From the NCBI GenBank assembly GCA_037189525.1, contig JBBCJC010000005.1:544001-608000 (forward strand): a stretch of 64,000 nucleotides of DNA, read 5' to 3'. The notes under the pieces were generated by a model, which was not told the origin of the DNA, did no database searches, and saw nothing but the letters and a program-made list of their open reading frames with translations. The position numbers were made by a program, and so were the translations under genes. Shown one piece after another: positions 47,178 through 56,512 of the stretch (positions within the stretch are counted from its first letter, which is position 1; the number at the start of each line of letters is the position of its first letter). This DNA comes from Gemmatimonadales bacterium (GTDB lineage Bacteria > Gemmatimonadota > Gemmatimonadetes > Gemmatimonadales > GWC2-71-9).

Positions 47178-47671
47178 GGCTCTTCGCGAAGGTGCTCCCC
47201 GCGCCGTTGCTGTCGGCTGCGCTGCTCGCGCTCTGGCTGATGCTGGCGCGCTCGACCAGCATCGATCAGGTCATTCTCGGTCTGATCCTCGCGCTCGGCG
47301 TTCCGCTCCTGACCACGAGCCTCCGGCTGAACAATGTGCGGGTGCGCCGGCCGCTGGTCGTGATCCGTTTCATCCTCATGGTCGGATACGACGTGCTGCG
47401 GTCGAATCTCGAAGTGGCTCGCGGCGTCCTCACCTGGGGCTGGCGGCAGCCGAAGGCCCGCTTCGTCTTGATCCCGCTCGAACTCAATGATCCGGTGGGC
47501 CTCGCCGCGCTCTCGATGGTGACGACCGTGGTGCCGGGTACGGTCTGGTCGGAGCTGGCGCGCGATCGAAGCGTGCTGATGCTCCATGCCTGGGATGTCA
47601 CGGACGAAACGGCGTTCGTGGCCCGCTTCAAGGCCCGCTACGAAAAGCCTCTGCGGGAGATCTTCGAATGA
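47174..47671 (+). CDS. mrpE: Antiporter subunit E
   Basis: TVVPGT, YEKPLREIFE; operon position. Confidence 0.92.
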   Translation: MRLFAKVLPAPLLSAALLALWLMLARSTSIDQVILGLILALGVPLLTTSLRLNNVRVRRPLVVIRFILMVGYDVLRSNLEVARGVLTWGWRQPKARFVLIPLELNDPVGLAALSMVTTVVPGTVWSELARDRSVLMLHAWDVTDETAFVARFKARYEKPLREIFE

Positions 47672-47946
47672 GCCCATTGCTCTCGGGCGCCATCGTCTTT
47701 GCGCTCGGCTGCTACGCCGTCGCCTCGATCCTGGTTCTGGTACGGCTCGTCCGCGGACCGCGCGCGCAGGACCGGGTGCTCGCCCTCGACCTGCTCTATC
47801 TCCACGGCATGCTGGTCATGCTGGTACTCGGCATTCAGTACGGCAACGACACCTACTTCGAAGCGGCGCTGCTGATCGCCGTCTTCGGCTTCGTGAGTTC
47901 CTCGGCGATGGCCAAGTTCATCCTGCGCGGCGAGGTGATCGAATGA
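47668..47946 (+). CDS. mrpF: Antiporter subunit F
   Basis: RGPRAQDRVLALD, AKFILRGEVIE. Confidence 0.93.
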   Translation: MSPLLSGAIVFALGCYAVASILVLVRLVRGPRAQDRVLALDLLYLHGMLVMLVLGIQYGNDTYFEAALLIAVFGFVSSSAMAKFILRGEVIE

Positions 47947-48308
47947 CCGCCCAGGTCCCGTTCTGGGTCGAGGTGGTGGTGTCCGTACTGCTCGTGCTCA
48001 GCGGCATCTTCGTGGTCATCTCTGCCGTCGGCTTCCTGCGCCTGCAGGATTTCTTCCTGCGAATGCATCCGCCCGCCCTTGCCTACACATTCGGGAGCTG
48101 GTGCGTAACCCTGGGCGCCATCCTCTATTTCTCGATGCAGGAAGGGCGCCTCCAGCTGCAGCCGTGGCTCATCATCATCATGCTCTCGATTACCGTGCCG
48201 GTCACGACGCTGCTGCTCGCCCGCGCCGCGCTGTTCCGTCGCCGGATTGCGGGCGCCACCGACACGCCGCCCCCGCTCCGCTCACGCCAGCCGCCGGGAA
48301 TGCCGTAA
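47943..48308 (+). CDS. mrpG: Antiporter subunit G
   Basis: GFLRLQDFFLRMH, TVPV...LLARAA; ATGA overlap. Confidence 0.92.
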   Translation: MTAQVPFWVEVVVSVLLVLSGIFVVISAVGFLRLQDFFLRMHPPALAYTFGSWCVTLGAILYFSMQEGRLQLQPWLIIIMLSITVPVTTLLLARAALFRRRIAGATDTPPPLRSRQPPGMP

Positions 48309-48357
48309 GCCGCTCCGGCTGCTTGCCGCCGACAAACCATCACCCTACCTTGCCATG

Positions 48358-48388
48358 AAGCATCACCGGAGCACCGGTGGTGCTTTCT
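48358..48388 (+). terminator. Hairpin between mrpG and pyc (possible terminator)
   Basis: AAGCATCACCGG-AGCA-CCGGTGGTGCTT followed by short pyrimidine run. Confidence 0.45.
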
Positions 48389-48410
48389 CATGAAGGGGAG
48401 ATGACGTTCC

Positions 48411-51400
48411 GTGCCTTTGTCGACCGCATCGCAAGACCGTACCACCGCCGCGACCCGGCCAAAATCGATCACCAAGCTGATGGCCGCGAACCGGAGCGAG
48501 ATCGCGATTCGCGTCTTCCGGGCGGGCACCGAGCTGGGCCATCGCACCGTAGCCATCTACGCGCACGAGGATCGATTCTGCATCCACCGGTACAAGGCCG
48601 ATGAAGCGTACGAGATCGGAATCGGCAAAGGCCCGGTCGCCGCGTATCTCGACATCGAGGGCATCGTCGCGATCGCCAAGGCCAAGGGCGTCGACGCGAT
48701 CCACCCCGGCTACGGATTCCTCTCCGAAAACCCGGAGTTCGCTCGGGCGTGCGAGGCCGCCGGCCTGATTTTCGTCGGGCCCCGCCCCGAACTGCTCGAG
48801 ATGATGGGCGACAAAACCGCCGCCCGCGCGCTGGCCCAGCGGATCGGGGTGCCGACCCTGCCAGGTACGGAGGAACCGATCACCGATCGCGCCGAGGCGT
48901 TGAACGTCGCCCAGTCGATCGGCTTCCCGCTGATCATCAAAGCAGCCTTCGGCGGCGGCGGTCGAGGAATGCGGGTGGTCCGGCGCGCGGAAGACCTGGA
49001 GAATTTGCTGGACGAGGCACAGACCGAGGCGGAACGCGCCTTCGGCAACCCGGCCATCTTCCTGGAGAAGTACATCGAGCGCGCCAAGCATCTCGAGGTC
49101 CAGATCCTGGGCGACCGGCACGGCAATGTGATCCACCTGCACGAGCGGGACTGCTCGGTCCAGCGCCGGCACCAGAAGGTGATCGAGGTGGCCCCGTCGG
49201 TCGGGCTGCCGCAGGGCATCGTCGACGAGTTGTGCGAAGCGGCCACCCGGATGGCCAAGGAAATCCGGTACGACAACGCGGGCACGGTGGAGTTCATCTA
49301 CGACCTCGACCGGCACGAGTGGTTCTTCATCGAGATGAATCCGCGGATCCAGGTCGAGCACACGGTCTCCGAGGTGATCACCGGGCTCGATCTGGTGCGG
49401 GCGCAAATTCTGATTGCCGAAGGGCATGAACTGCATTCGGATCGGGTCGGGATGCCGCGGCAGGAGAACGTGCCGCGGAACGGCTACGCCATCCAGTGCC
49501 GGATCACCACTGAAGACCCCGAGAATCAGTTCGTGCCGGACTACGGACGGATCCTCGCCTACCGGTCGCCGGGCGGATTCGGGGTCCGGCTCGACGGGGG
49601 GATGGGTTTTGCCGGCGCGGTGATCACGCCGTACTACGATTCGTTGCTGGTGAAGTGCATCGCGAGCGGGCAGACCTACGAGAACGCGTTGCATCGGGCC
49701 CGCCGCTGCCTGGCGGAGTTCCGGATTCGCGGCGTCAAGACGAACATCCCGTTTCTGGAAAATGTCATTGCGCACCCCAAGTTTCAGAGCGGCCAAGCCA
49801 CCACGACGCTGATCGACACCACGCCCAAGCTGGTCAAGTTCAAGCCTCGGCGCGATCGGGCGACCAAGCTGCTCAACTTCCTGGCCGGCGTGATCGTCAA
49901 CGGCAATCCCCATGCGAAGGGGTACCGACCTAACGCTCCTCTCCCCGTAGCGCGGCCGATTCCGTTCGATCCGAGCACGGCGCCGCCGGCCGGCACGCGC
50001 CAATTGCTGCTGGAGTTGGGACCCCAGAAGTTCGCGGAATGGGCCCGCAGCCAGGAGCGGTTGCTGATTACCGACACCACCTGGCGCGATGCGCACCAGT
50101 CGCTGATGGCCACTCGGGTGCGCGGCTACGACATGCTGGCCTCCGCGGCCGCCGTGGCCCGCCGGACGCCGCAGCTCTTCTCGCTGGAGATGTGGGGCGG
50201 CGCCACCTTCGATACCGCGATGCGGTTCCTGAGCGAAGACCCGTGGGAGCGGTTACGCCAGCTGCGCGCGGCGGTGCCCAACATCTGCTTCCAGATGCTC
50301 TTCCGGGGCGCCAACGCGGTCGGCTACACCAACTATCCCGACAACGTGGTGGCGGGGTTCGTGCGGCACGCGGCGGCCGAGGGGATGGACATCTTCCGGG
50401 TCTTCGATTCGCTCAACTACCTGCCCAACCTGCGGGTGGCGATGGAGGCGGTCCAGGATACCCACGCCATCTGCGAAGCCGCCATCTGCTACACCGGCGA
50501 CATCCTTGATGACCGGCGCGACAAGTTCTCGCTCCAGTACTACATCCGGCTGGCCAAAGAGCTGGAACGGATGGGCGCGCACATGCTGGCCATCAAGGAC
50601 ATGGCCGGGCTCTGCCGCCCGTTCGCCGCCAAGAAACTGGTCGAGACGCTGCGCGGCGAGATCGGCCTGCCGATCCACTTCCACACGCATGACACGAGCG
50701 GCATTGCGTCGGCCAGCGTGCTGCGCGCGGCCGATGCCGGCGTGGACGTGGTGGACCTGGCATTGGCGTCGATGAGCGGCAGCACCTCGCAGCCCAACCT
50801 CAACTCGGTGGTCGCGGCGTTGCAGCACACGCCGCGCGAAACGGGGCTCGACCTCGACACCCTGAACGAGTTTTCCGACTATTGGGAGGCGGTGCGCACC
50901 TACTATGCGCCGTTCGACTCGGCCCCCAAGAGCGGCTCGGCGGAGGTCTACCTGCACGAGATGCCAGGCGGACAGTACACCAACCTGAAGGAGCAGGCCG
51001 CCGCGATGGGCGTCGGGCATCGCTGGCCCGAGATTGCCCGCACCTACGCCGAGGTGAACCAGCTGTTCGGCGATATCGTGAAAGTGACGCCGTCGTCCAA
51101 GGTGGTGGGCGACATGGCGCTCTTCCTCTTCAGCAAGGGAATCCGCCCCGCGGACGTGATGAACCTGGAGCCGGGTGCCACGCCGTTTCCCGAGAGCGTG
51201 ATCGACATGCTGATGGGCGGGCTGGGTTGGCCCGACGGCGGGTGGCCGGAGGATGTCTCGCTCGCGGTGCTGGGGCCGGAGCGCCACGCCACGGCGCGGG
51301 CCCGGTACGAAGCGGCCGTGAGCGGCCGTGCCGACGCGAGCGCGCCAGCGGCACTCGACCTCGGCAAGGTACGCGCCGAGCTCAAGGATCGCCTGCGCCG

Positions 51401-51950
51401 CGAGCCGACGGACGACGACGTATTCTCGTATCTGATGTACCCCAAGGTGTTCCTGGACTACGCCAAGCACCTGACCGCGTACAGCGACGTCAGCGTGTTG
51501 CCAACCCCAGCGTTCCTCTACGGACTCACGCCCGGCGAGGAAATCTCGGTGAATATCGAGGAGGGTAAGGTGCTGATCATCCGCCTCATCTCGGTGGGCG
51601 AACCGGATGAGGAGGGCCGGCGCGCGGTGAGCTATGACCTCAACGGCATCGGGCGCGACACCTTCGTGGTCGACCAGAAGTCGACGCCGAAGACCAAAGC
51701 GCGCCCCAAGGCAGACACCGACGATCCGACGCAGCTGGCGGCGCCGATTCCCGGATTGATCGCCGAACTCGTCGTGTCGGTGGGCAGCAAGGTCGTCAAG
51801 GGCGACAAGCTGCTGATGATGGAAGCGATGAAGATGCAGAGCACCGTGTATGCTCCGTCAGACGGGGTCGTGACGGAGCTCCACGTGGATGCCGGCGATC
51901 GGGTCGAGGCCAAGGACCTGCTCCTGCGGATCCGGCCTGCGGAATGCTGA
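48411..51950 (+). CDS. pyc: Pyruvate carboxylase
   Basis: ANRSEIAIR, GGGGRGMR, RDAHQSL, WGGATFD, HEMPGGQYTNL, biotin site EAMKM. Confidence 0.97.
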   Translation: MPLSTASQDRTTAATRPKSITKLMAANRSEIAIRVFRAGTELGHRTVAIYAHEDRFCIHRYKADEAYEIGIGKGPVAAYLDIEGIVAIAKAKGVDAIHPGYGFLSENPEFARACEAAGLIFVGPRPELLEMMGDKTAARALAQRIGVPTLPGTEEPITDRAEALNVAQSIGFPLIIKAAFGGGGRGMRVVRRAEDLENLLDEAQTEAERAFGNPAIFLEKYIERAKHLEVQILGDRHGNVIHLHERDCSVQRRHQKVIEVAPSVGLPQGIVDELCEAATRMAKEIRYDNAGTVEFIYDLDRHEWFFIEMNPRIQVEHTVSEVITGLDLVRAQILIAEGHELHSDRVGMPRQENVPRNGYAIQCRITTEDPENQFVPDYGRILAYRSPGGFGVRLDGGMGFAGAVITPYYDSLLVKCIASGQTYENALHRARRCLAEFRIRGVKTNIPFLENVIAHPKFQSGQATTTLIDTTPKLVKFKPRRDRATKLLNFLAGVIVNGNPHAKGYRPNAPLPVARPIPFDPSTAPPAGTRQLLLELGPQKFAEWARSQERLLITDTTWRDAHQSLMATRVRGYDMLASAAAVARRTPQLFSLEMWGGATFDTAMRFLSEDPWERLRQLRAAVPNICFQMLFRGANAVGYTNYPDNVVAGFVRHAAAEGMDIFRVFDSLNYLPNLRVAMEAVQDTHAICEAAICYTGDILDDRRDKFSLQYYIRLAKELERMGAHMLAIKDMAGLCRPFAAKKLVETLRGEIGLPIHFHTHDTSGIASASVLRAADAGVDVVDLALASMSGSTSQPNLNSVVAALQHTPRETGLDLDTLNEFSDYWEAVRTYYAPFDSAPKSGSAEVYLHEMPGGQYTNLKEQAAAMGVGHRWPEIARTYAEVNQLFGDIVKVTPSSKVVGDMALFLFSKGIRPADVMNLEPGATPFPESVIDMLMGGLGWPDGGWPEDVSLAVLGPERHATARARYEAAVSGRADASAPAALDLGKVRAELKDRLRREPTDDDVFSYLMYPKVFLDYAKHLTAYSDVSVLPTPAFLYGLTPGEEISVNIEEGKVLIIRLISVGEPDEEGRRAVSYDLNGIGRDTFVVDQKSTPKTKARPKADTDDPTQLAAPIPGLIAELVVSVGSKVVKGDKLLMMEAMKMQSTVYAPSDGVVTELHVDAGDRVEAKDLLLRIRPAEC

Positions 51951-51952
51951 GG

Positions 51953-53002
51953 TCAGGCCGCCAGCGAGGCGTTGTCGATCACGAAGCGATACTTGACGTC
52001 GCCTGCGAGCATGCGTTCGTAGGCATCGTTGATCTGGCCCGCTCGGATCAGTTCGATATCCGCCACGATACCCCGCTCGGCGCAGAAGTCGAGCATTTCC
52101 TGCGTTTCGGGAATCCCGCCGATCAGGGAGCCCGCGATACTCCGCCGCTTCATGATCAACCCGAAGACATTGGGCGAGGGGTGAGGCGTGGGCGGAGCGC
52201 CTACCAGCACCAGGGCCCCGTCCCGCTTGAGCAACGCGATGAACGGATCCAGCGGGTGCGGCGCCGACACGGTGTTGAGAATGAAGTCAAAGCTCTTGGT
52301 GTGCGCGGCCATCTCATCGGGGTTGCGCGAGACCACCACCTCGTGCGCACCAAGGGCAAGCGCTGCCTGACGCTTGGAATCCGAGGTGCTGAAGGCCACG
52401 ACATGCGCGCCCATCGCATTGGCGAGCTTGATCCCCATGTGCCCCAACCCGCCGACGCCGACGACGCCCACCTTCTGGCCCGGCCCGACCTTCCAATGGC
52501 GGAGCGGTGAGTAGGTGGTAATCCCGGCACACAAGAGCGGCGCCACCGCCGCCAGCTGCGCTTCGGGGTGGCGGACCCGCAGCACGTAGCGCTGGTCTAC
52601 CACGATCTGCTGCGAGTAGCCTCCCAGCGTGTGGCCTGGCGCATCCGGCGTGGCACCGTTGTAGGTCCCGACCATTTCGTCACAGTAGTTCTCCTGCCCA
52701 CCGGCACAGTCATCGCAGTCGCGGCAGCTGTCGACGATGCAACCGATACCGATCAAGTCCCCGACCGCAAAGGCCGACACATCGCGCCCCACCAGAGTCA
52801 CCCGGCCCACGATTTCGTGCCCCGGTACACAGGGATAGAGCGTACCGGCCCACTCGGAGCGCACCTGATGGAGGTCGGAATGACAGATGCCGCAGTAAGC
52901 AATGTCGATCTGTACATCGCGCGGGCCGGGCGTACGCCGGGTGATATCCAGGGACCGGAGGGGCTGGTCGCCCGCCAGGGCACCGTAGGCTTTGATGGTC
53001 AT
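51953..53002 (-). CDS. Zn-dependent NAD(P)H alcohol dehydrogenase (CAD/YahK-like)
   Basis: CGICHSD, PGHEIVG, structural Cys4, LLCAGITTY, GGLGHMG. Confidence 0.93.
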   Translation of the reverse strand: MTIKAYGALAGDQPLRSLDITRRTPGPRDVQIDIAYCGICHSDLHQVRSEWAGTLYPCVPGHEIVGRVTLVGRDVSAFAVGDLIGIGCIVDSCRDCDDCAGGQENYCDEMVGTYNGATPDAPGHTLGGYSQQIVVDQRYVLRVRHPEAQLAAVAPLLCAGITTYSPLRHWKVGPGQKVGVVGVGGLGHMGIKLANAMGAHVVAFSTSDSKRQAALALGAHEVVVSRNPDEMAAHTKSFDFILNTVSAPHPLDPFIALLKRDGALVLVGAPPTPHPSPNVFGLIMKRRSIAGSLIGGIPETQEMLDFCAERGIVADIELIRAGQINDAYERMLAGDVKYRFVIDNASLAA

Positions 53003-53150
53003 GATCTCGACTTTCTCGTACGGGAAATCCCGGGAGGGGGCACCGGCTCGGTGCCTGCACCAGGCGGAATAGACATCCGTCACGATCGGACAGCAAGCGC
53101 GGCACTCCCCGGTCCGTGACCTCCACGGACCAGCGAGGGTCATTCCTGCA

Positions 53151-54284
53151 ATGCACCCTGCCCCGCCGCGCCGAATCCTGCTGGTCAACTGGATGGACCC
53201 GACTCACCCCCGCGCGGGCGGGGCGGAGCGGCACCTACTCGAGATCTTCGGCCGATTGGCGGAGCGGCACCAGATCACGCTGGTCACGTCGGGATATCCG
53301 GGCGCGCGCCCTGTGGCCTCGGTCGCGGGTATGGCGGTGGTCCGGGTGGGCGGAACCTTCGACTTTGCCGTCCGGGCGCCCTTCGTGATCCGCCGCCTGC
53401 TGGCGCGGCGCCGGTTCGACCTCCTGATCGAGGATCTCAACAAGATCCCCCTCATCCTTCCCAGGTCGATTCCGCGGCTGATGCTGGCCCATCACCTCTG
53501 GGGGTCGGTCGCCTTCGCGGCGGCACCGTGGCCAATCGCCCTGCTCACCTGGTTGGCCGAGCAACCGCTGCACCTGATCTACGCCGGTGCGGAGATCGCG
53601 GCCGTTTCGCCGAGTACGCGGCACGAACTGATTGCGCGGGGGGTGCCGTCGGATCGCATCGTAGTAGTCGAGAACGCGGTCGACCCGCCGCCGGATGAGA
53701 CACCATCTCGCACCGAAGAGCCGCTCTTCGTCTACGTCGGGCGATTGCAGCGGTACAAGCGGATCGATTTACTGATCGAGGCAGCCCGGATGCTCCAGCA
53801 CGAGGGTCGAAGGTTTCGGGTGGCCATTGTCGGCAACGGCCCTGATCGTTCTCGGTTGGAGCGAATGGTACGGCGGAGCGATCACCTGCCGGTGGAGTTC
53901 TTAGGAGCCATTGGTGACACCGAACGCGACGACCTGTTGGCCCGCGCCTGGGCCAACGTGCTGATGTCGCGCAAAGAAGGATACGGACTGACCGTCCTCG
54001 AAGCCGCGCGGATGGGCACCCCATCGGTAGTCGCGTTTGCACCAGGTCTGCAGGACGCCGTACGGCACCTCGAAGACGGGCTCTGGGTACCATACCATCA
54101 CCTGCCCACCCTGGCAGATGCGCTGCGCTATCTTATCGATAATCCGGAAGCTGTTGCGAAGCTAGGCGGGGCAGCCCGTAAGCGGGTATCCAGCCGCAGT
54201 TGGGACCTGGCTGCCGAGGAAATGGATCTCGTCCTCCAACGGATCATCGCCCAGTCGTCTCCCCAGTCCGGATCAGGATCTTGA
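53151..54284 (+). CDS. GT4 family glycosyltransferase
   Basis: HPRAGGAE, VGRLQRYKR, EGYGLTVLEA. Confidence 0.9.
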   Translation: MHPAPPRRILLVNWMDPTHPRAGGAERHLLEIFGRLAERHQITLVTSGYPGARPVASVAGMAVVRVGGTFDFAVRAPFVIRRLLARRRFDLLIEDLNKIPLILPRSIPRLMLAHHLWGSVAFAAAPWPIALLTWLAEQPLHLIYAGAEIAAVSPSTRHELIARGVPSDRIVVVENAVDPPPDETPSRTEEPLFVYVGRLQRYKRIDLLIEAARMLQHEGRRFRVAIVGNGPDRSRLERMVRRSDHLPVEFLGAIGDTERDDLLARAWANVLMSRKEGYGLTVLEAARMGTPSVVAFAPGLQDAVRHLEDGLWVPYHHLPTLADALRYLIDNPEAVAKLGGAARKRVSSRSWDLAAEEMDLVLQRIIAQSSPQSGSGS

Positions 54285-54666
54285 GCATCTCGAGGATGTG
54301 GGATTGATTGATGCGTATCGGATCGCTGCTGGTTTCAAGTTAGCCGATCCAGCCGACACCGTGACAACCTCAGCAATTCTAATCGTCGGCTGCCTGACTT
54401 CGCGCGCGAGCTCGGCAATGACGAGCAGCGTTGCGATGGGTCGGATCGGTACTGATGTAGTGCTTGAGAGGACCAAGGATCATCCGGATGAGATAGTTGG
54501 CCCCGGCGTTACTCGGTCGTGCCGCGCTCCGGATGGCGTTCATTGCGGATGTCGGCACTAGCTTACTGGCGGCACGCGCATTACGAGTCTCCAATCCAAT
54601 CCCATTGGCCTACAACCGTTCCGGAATTACCTTTGGGGCGTACCCGTAGTGGACGTCGTGTCGATC

Positions 54667-55029
54667 GTGCGTACTGTCCTGTCGCGTCTGTTGACGCTCA
54701 TCATGCTCCTTTCCCTTACTGCTTCCTCCCTGGAAGCGGTGGCGGGAGAGTTGCGGGACGGTGCCGTTCACCACGAGACGTCCGAGCAAGCGGCGGCCCA
54801 CCCTCACTCCGAACGAGGGGAGCATGGGCATGAAGACAACGCATCGCACGGGCCCGAGCATCAGCACGGCACCTCGAGCGACCACTGCACTCATCAACAT
54901 GGTGAACAACTGGACGTAACCGGTCCGCTCGTCGTCGCCACCCGGAACGACACTCACGTCACTTATCCCGAGACCGCCCTGGCATCGGATCTGATTTCCA
55001 GCACCTTTTTCCGTCCTCCCCGGCAGTAG
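54667..55029 (+). CDS. His-rich exported/leader protein upstream of czcCBA (CzcI-position)
   Basis: Hydrophobic N-terminus, 13 His, DHCTHQH, C-terminal FFRPPRQ; alternative GTG at 54649. Confidence 0.75.
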   Translation: MRTVLSRLLTLIMLLSLTASSLEAVAGELRDGAVHHETSEQAAAHPHSERGEHGHEDNASHGPEHQHGTSSDHCTHQHGEQLDVTGPLVVATRNDTHVTYPETALASDLISSTFFRPPRQ

Positions 55030-55166
55030 TCGAACATTCCGGCCGCAGGATATCGCGCCGGCTATTACAACCAAAAACAATTGACGGCCTAAGGTCCTGA
55101 TCACGGACTCGCCCTGTGGCGAGCATTCGAGTCATTCCTGCCGTCGCTGAAAACGATGAGGCACAT

Positions 55167-56510
55167 ATGCAACGCACTTGGTTGCTCATGGCCTGGTTGC
55201 TGATGCTGTCGACGCCTCCCGACGGAGCGATCGCATCGGCACAGGCAATGAGCACTCCGACTCCCGCGGCGAGTCGGACGGATACACTCAACCTCTCGCT
55301 CCGGGATGCCCTGCGTCTGGCGCGGGAACAGAATCCCACACTGCTTGCCGAGTACGAGGAAATCGGGATTGCGTGGGGAACACTGCGCCAGGCACGCGTC
55401 GTGGGCGCCAATCCGAGTCTCGAGGTGCGAGCGCCGGGTGCCGGGTCCGACGGCCGCGTCGGCGAGTATGAGATCACGCTGCGGCAGGAAGTCGCGCTCA
55501 GCGGGCAACGTACGTTGCGTGTCCGGGCCGCGACCGCCGGGCTCGAACGGGCTCGGGCGCTCACCGAGAACGCGGCCCGTACCACCCTTCTGAGTGTCAG
55601 CCGGGCGTTCTACTCCGCTCTCGCAGCGCAACAGCGACTGGCTGTCGTCACCGAGCTCTCGAACCTCGGCCAAGAGTTGCTACGCACGACTCGCACGCAA
55701 GCCCGAGAAGGCGAGATCAGTGTCATGGATGCGAATCTGGCCGAAATCGAGGCCGGACGGGCCCGGGCACGCCAGCTAGCAGCCGAGCGTGAAGCGCTGA
55801 TCGCCGACTTCGAGCTACAACAGCAAGTGGGCCTTTCCCCGACGATACGAGTTCGAGCGGTGAATGAGGCGACCGATCCGGCGATGCCAATGGCATTGTC
55901 CGTCGATTCGCTCGTTGCGGTGGCCATGCAACGGCGGCCCGACCTCCAAGCCGAAGGGCTGAGCGTCCGCTACTTCGACGCCCTGAGCCGTCTGGCCGCT
56001 CGTGAAGCCATCCCAAATCCGACCGTCGGCGGGTTCCTCGCACGCCAGGAAGACGCCAATGCTCTACCAGCGACGCGATACGGACCGTCACGAATCGGTC
56101 TGGAGATCAGTCTCCCGATTCCGCTTTTTCAGCGAAATCGCGGCACTGTTGATGAGCAGCGCGCCCGGACCCGACAAGCCCAGCTCCGGCAAGAGGCTGC
56201 AGAGCTTGCAGTACGAACCGAGGTCGCGGCGGCGGTCCGTGCCTACCAGTCCGCCGTCAACGAGGCTCAGATCTTCGAACATGACGTCCTCACTCCCGCC
56301 CGCACCAGCCAGAAGCTGCTCGATACTGCATTCCAAGCCGGGAAGGTCGCCCTCCCGACGCTCCTGCTTCTTCGCAATCAGCTACTCGACGCAGAACTCG
56401 GGTCCGTCGATGCTTGGCTTGCTGCACGCCAGGCATGGATCGGCCTGCAAGCAGCGACGGCAACCTTTGACCTGATCTCCGCGCCACGGCCGCGAGAGGA
56501 ATCGAGGTAA
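55167..56510 (+). CDS. czcC: TolC-family outer-membrane efflux protein (CzcC-like)
   Basis: Signal peptide, NPxL repeats, ISLPIPLFQRNRG; first of CBA operon. Confidence 0.85.
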   Translation: MQRTWLLMAWLLMLSTPPDGAIASAQAMSTPTPAASRTDTLNLSLRDALRLAREQNPTLLAEYEEIGIAWGTLRQARVVGANPSLEVRAPGAGSDGRVGEYEITLRQEVALSGQRTLRVRAATAGLERARALTENAARTTLLSVSRAFYSALAAQQRLAVVTELSNLGQELLRTTRTQAREGEISVMDANLAEIEAGRARARQLAAEREALIADFELQQQVGLSPTIRVRAVNEATDPAMPMALSVDSLVAVAMQRRPDLQAEGLSVRYFDALSRLAAREAIPNPTVGGFLARQEDANALPATRYGPSRIGLEISLPIPLFQRNRGTVDEQRARTRQAQLRQEAAELAVRTEVAAAVRAYQSAVNEAQIFEHDVLTPARTSQKLLDTAFQAGKVALPTLLLLRNQLLDAELGSVDAWLAARQAWIGLQAATATFDLISAPRPREESR

Positions 56511-56512
56511 AT

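Noticed and set aside
48363..50096. 577-aa antisense ORF over pyc, and similar long shadow ORFs elsewhere
   Set aside because: Expected stop-poor antisense frames in high-GC genes; no motifs
53039..53055. GGCACCGGCTCGGTGCC hairpin resembling the SpCas9 tracrRNA 3' stem
   Set aside because: Short GC-rich palindrome; no anti-repeat, array or cas9; likely coincidence
54285..54648. Lower-GC gap with short ORFs before the metal block
   Set aside because: No recognisable protein, RNA or repeat that I can support
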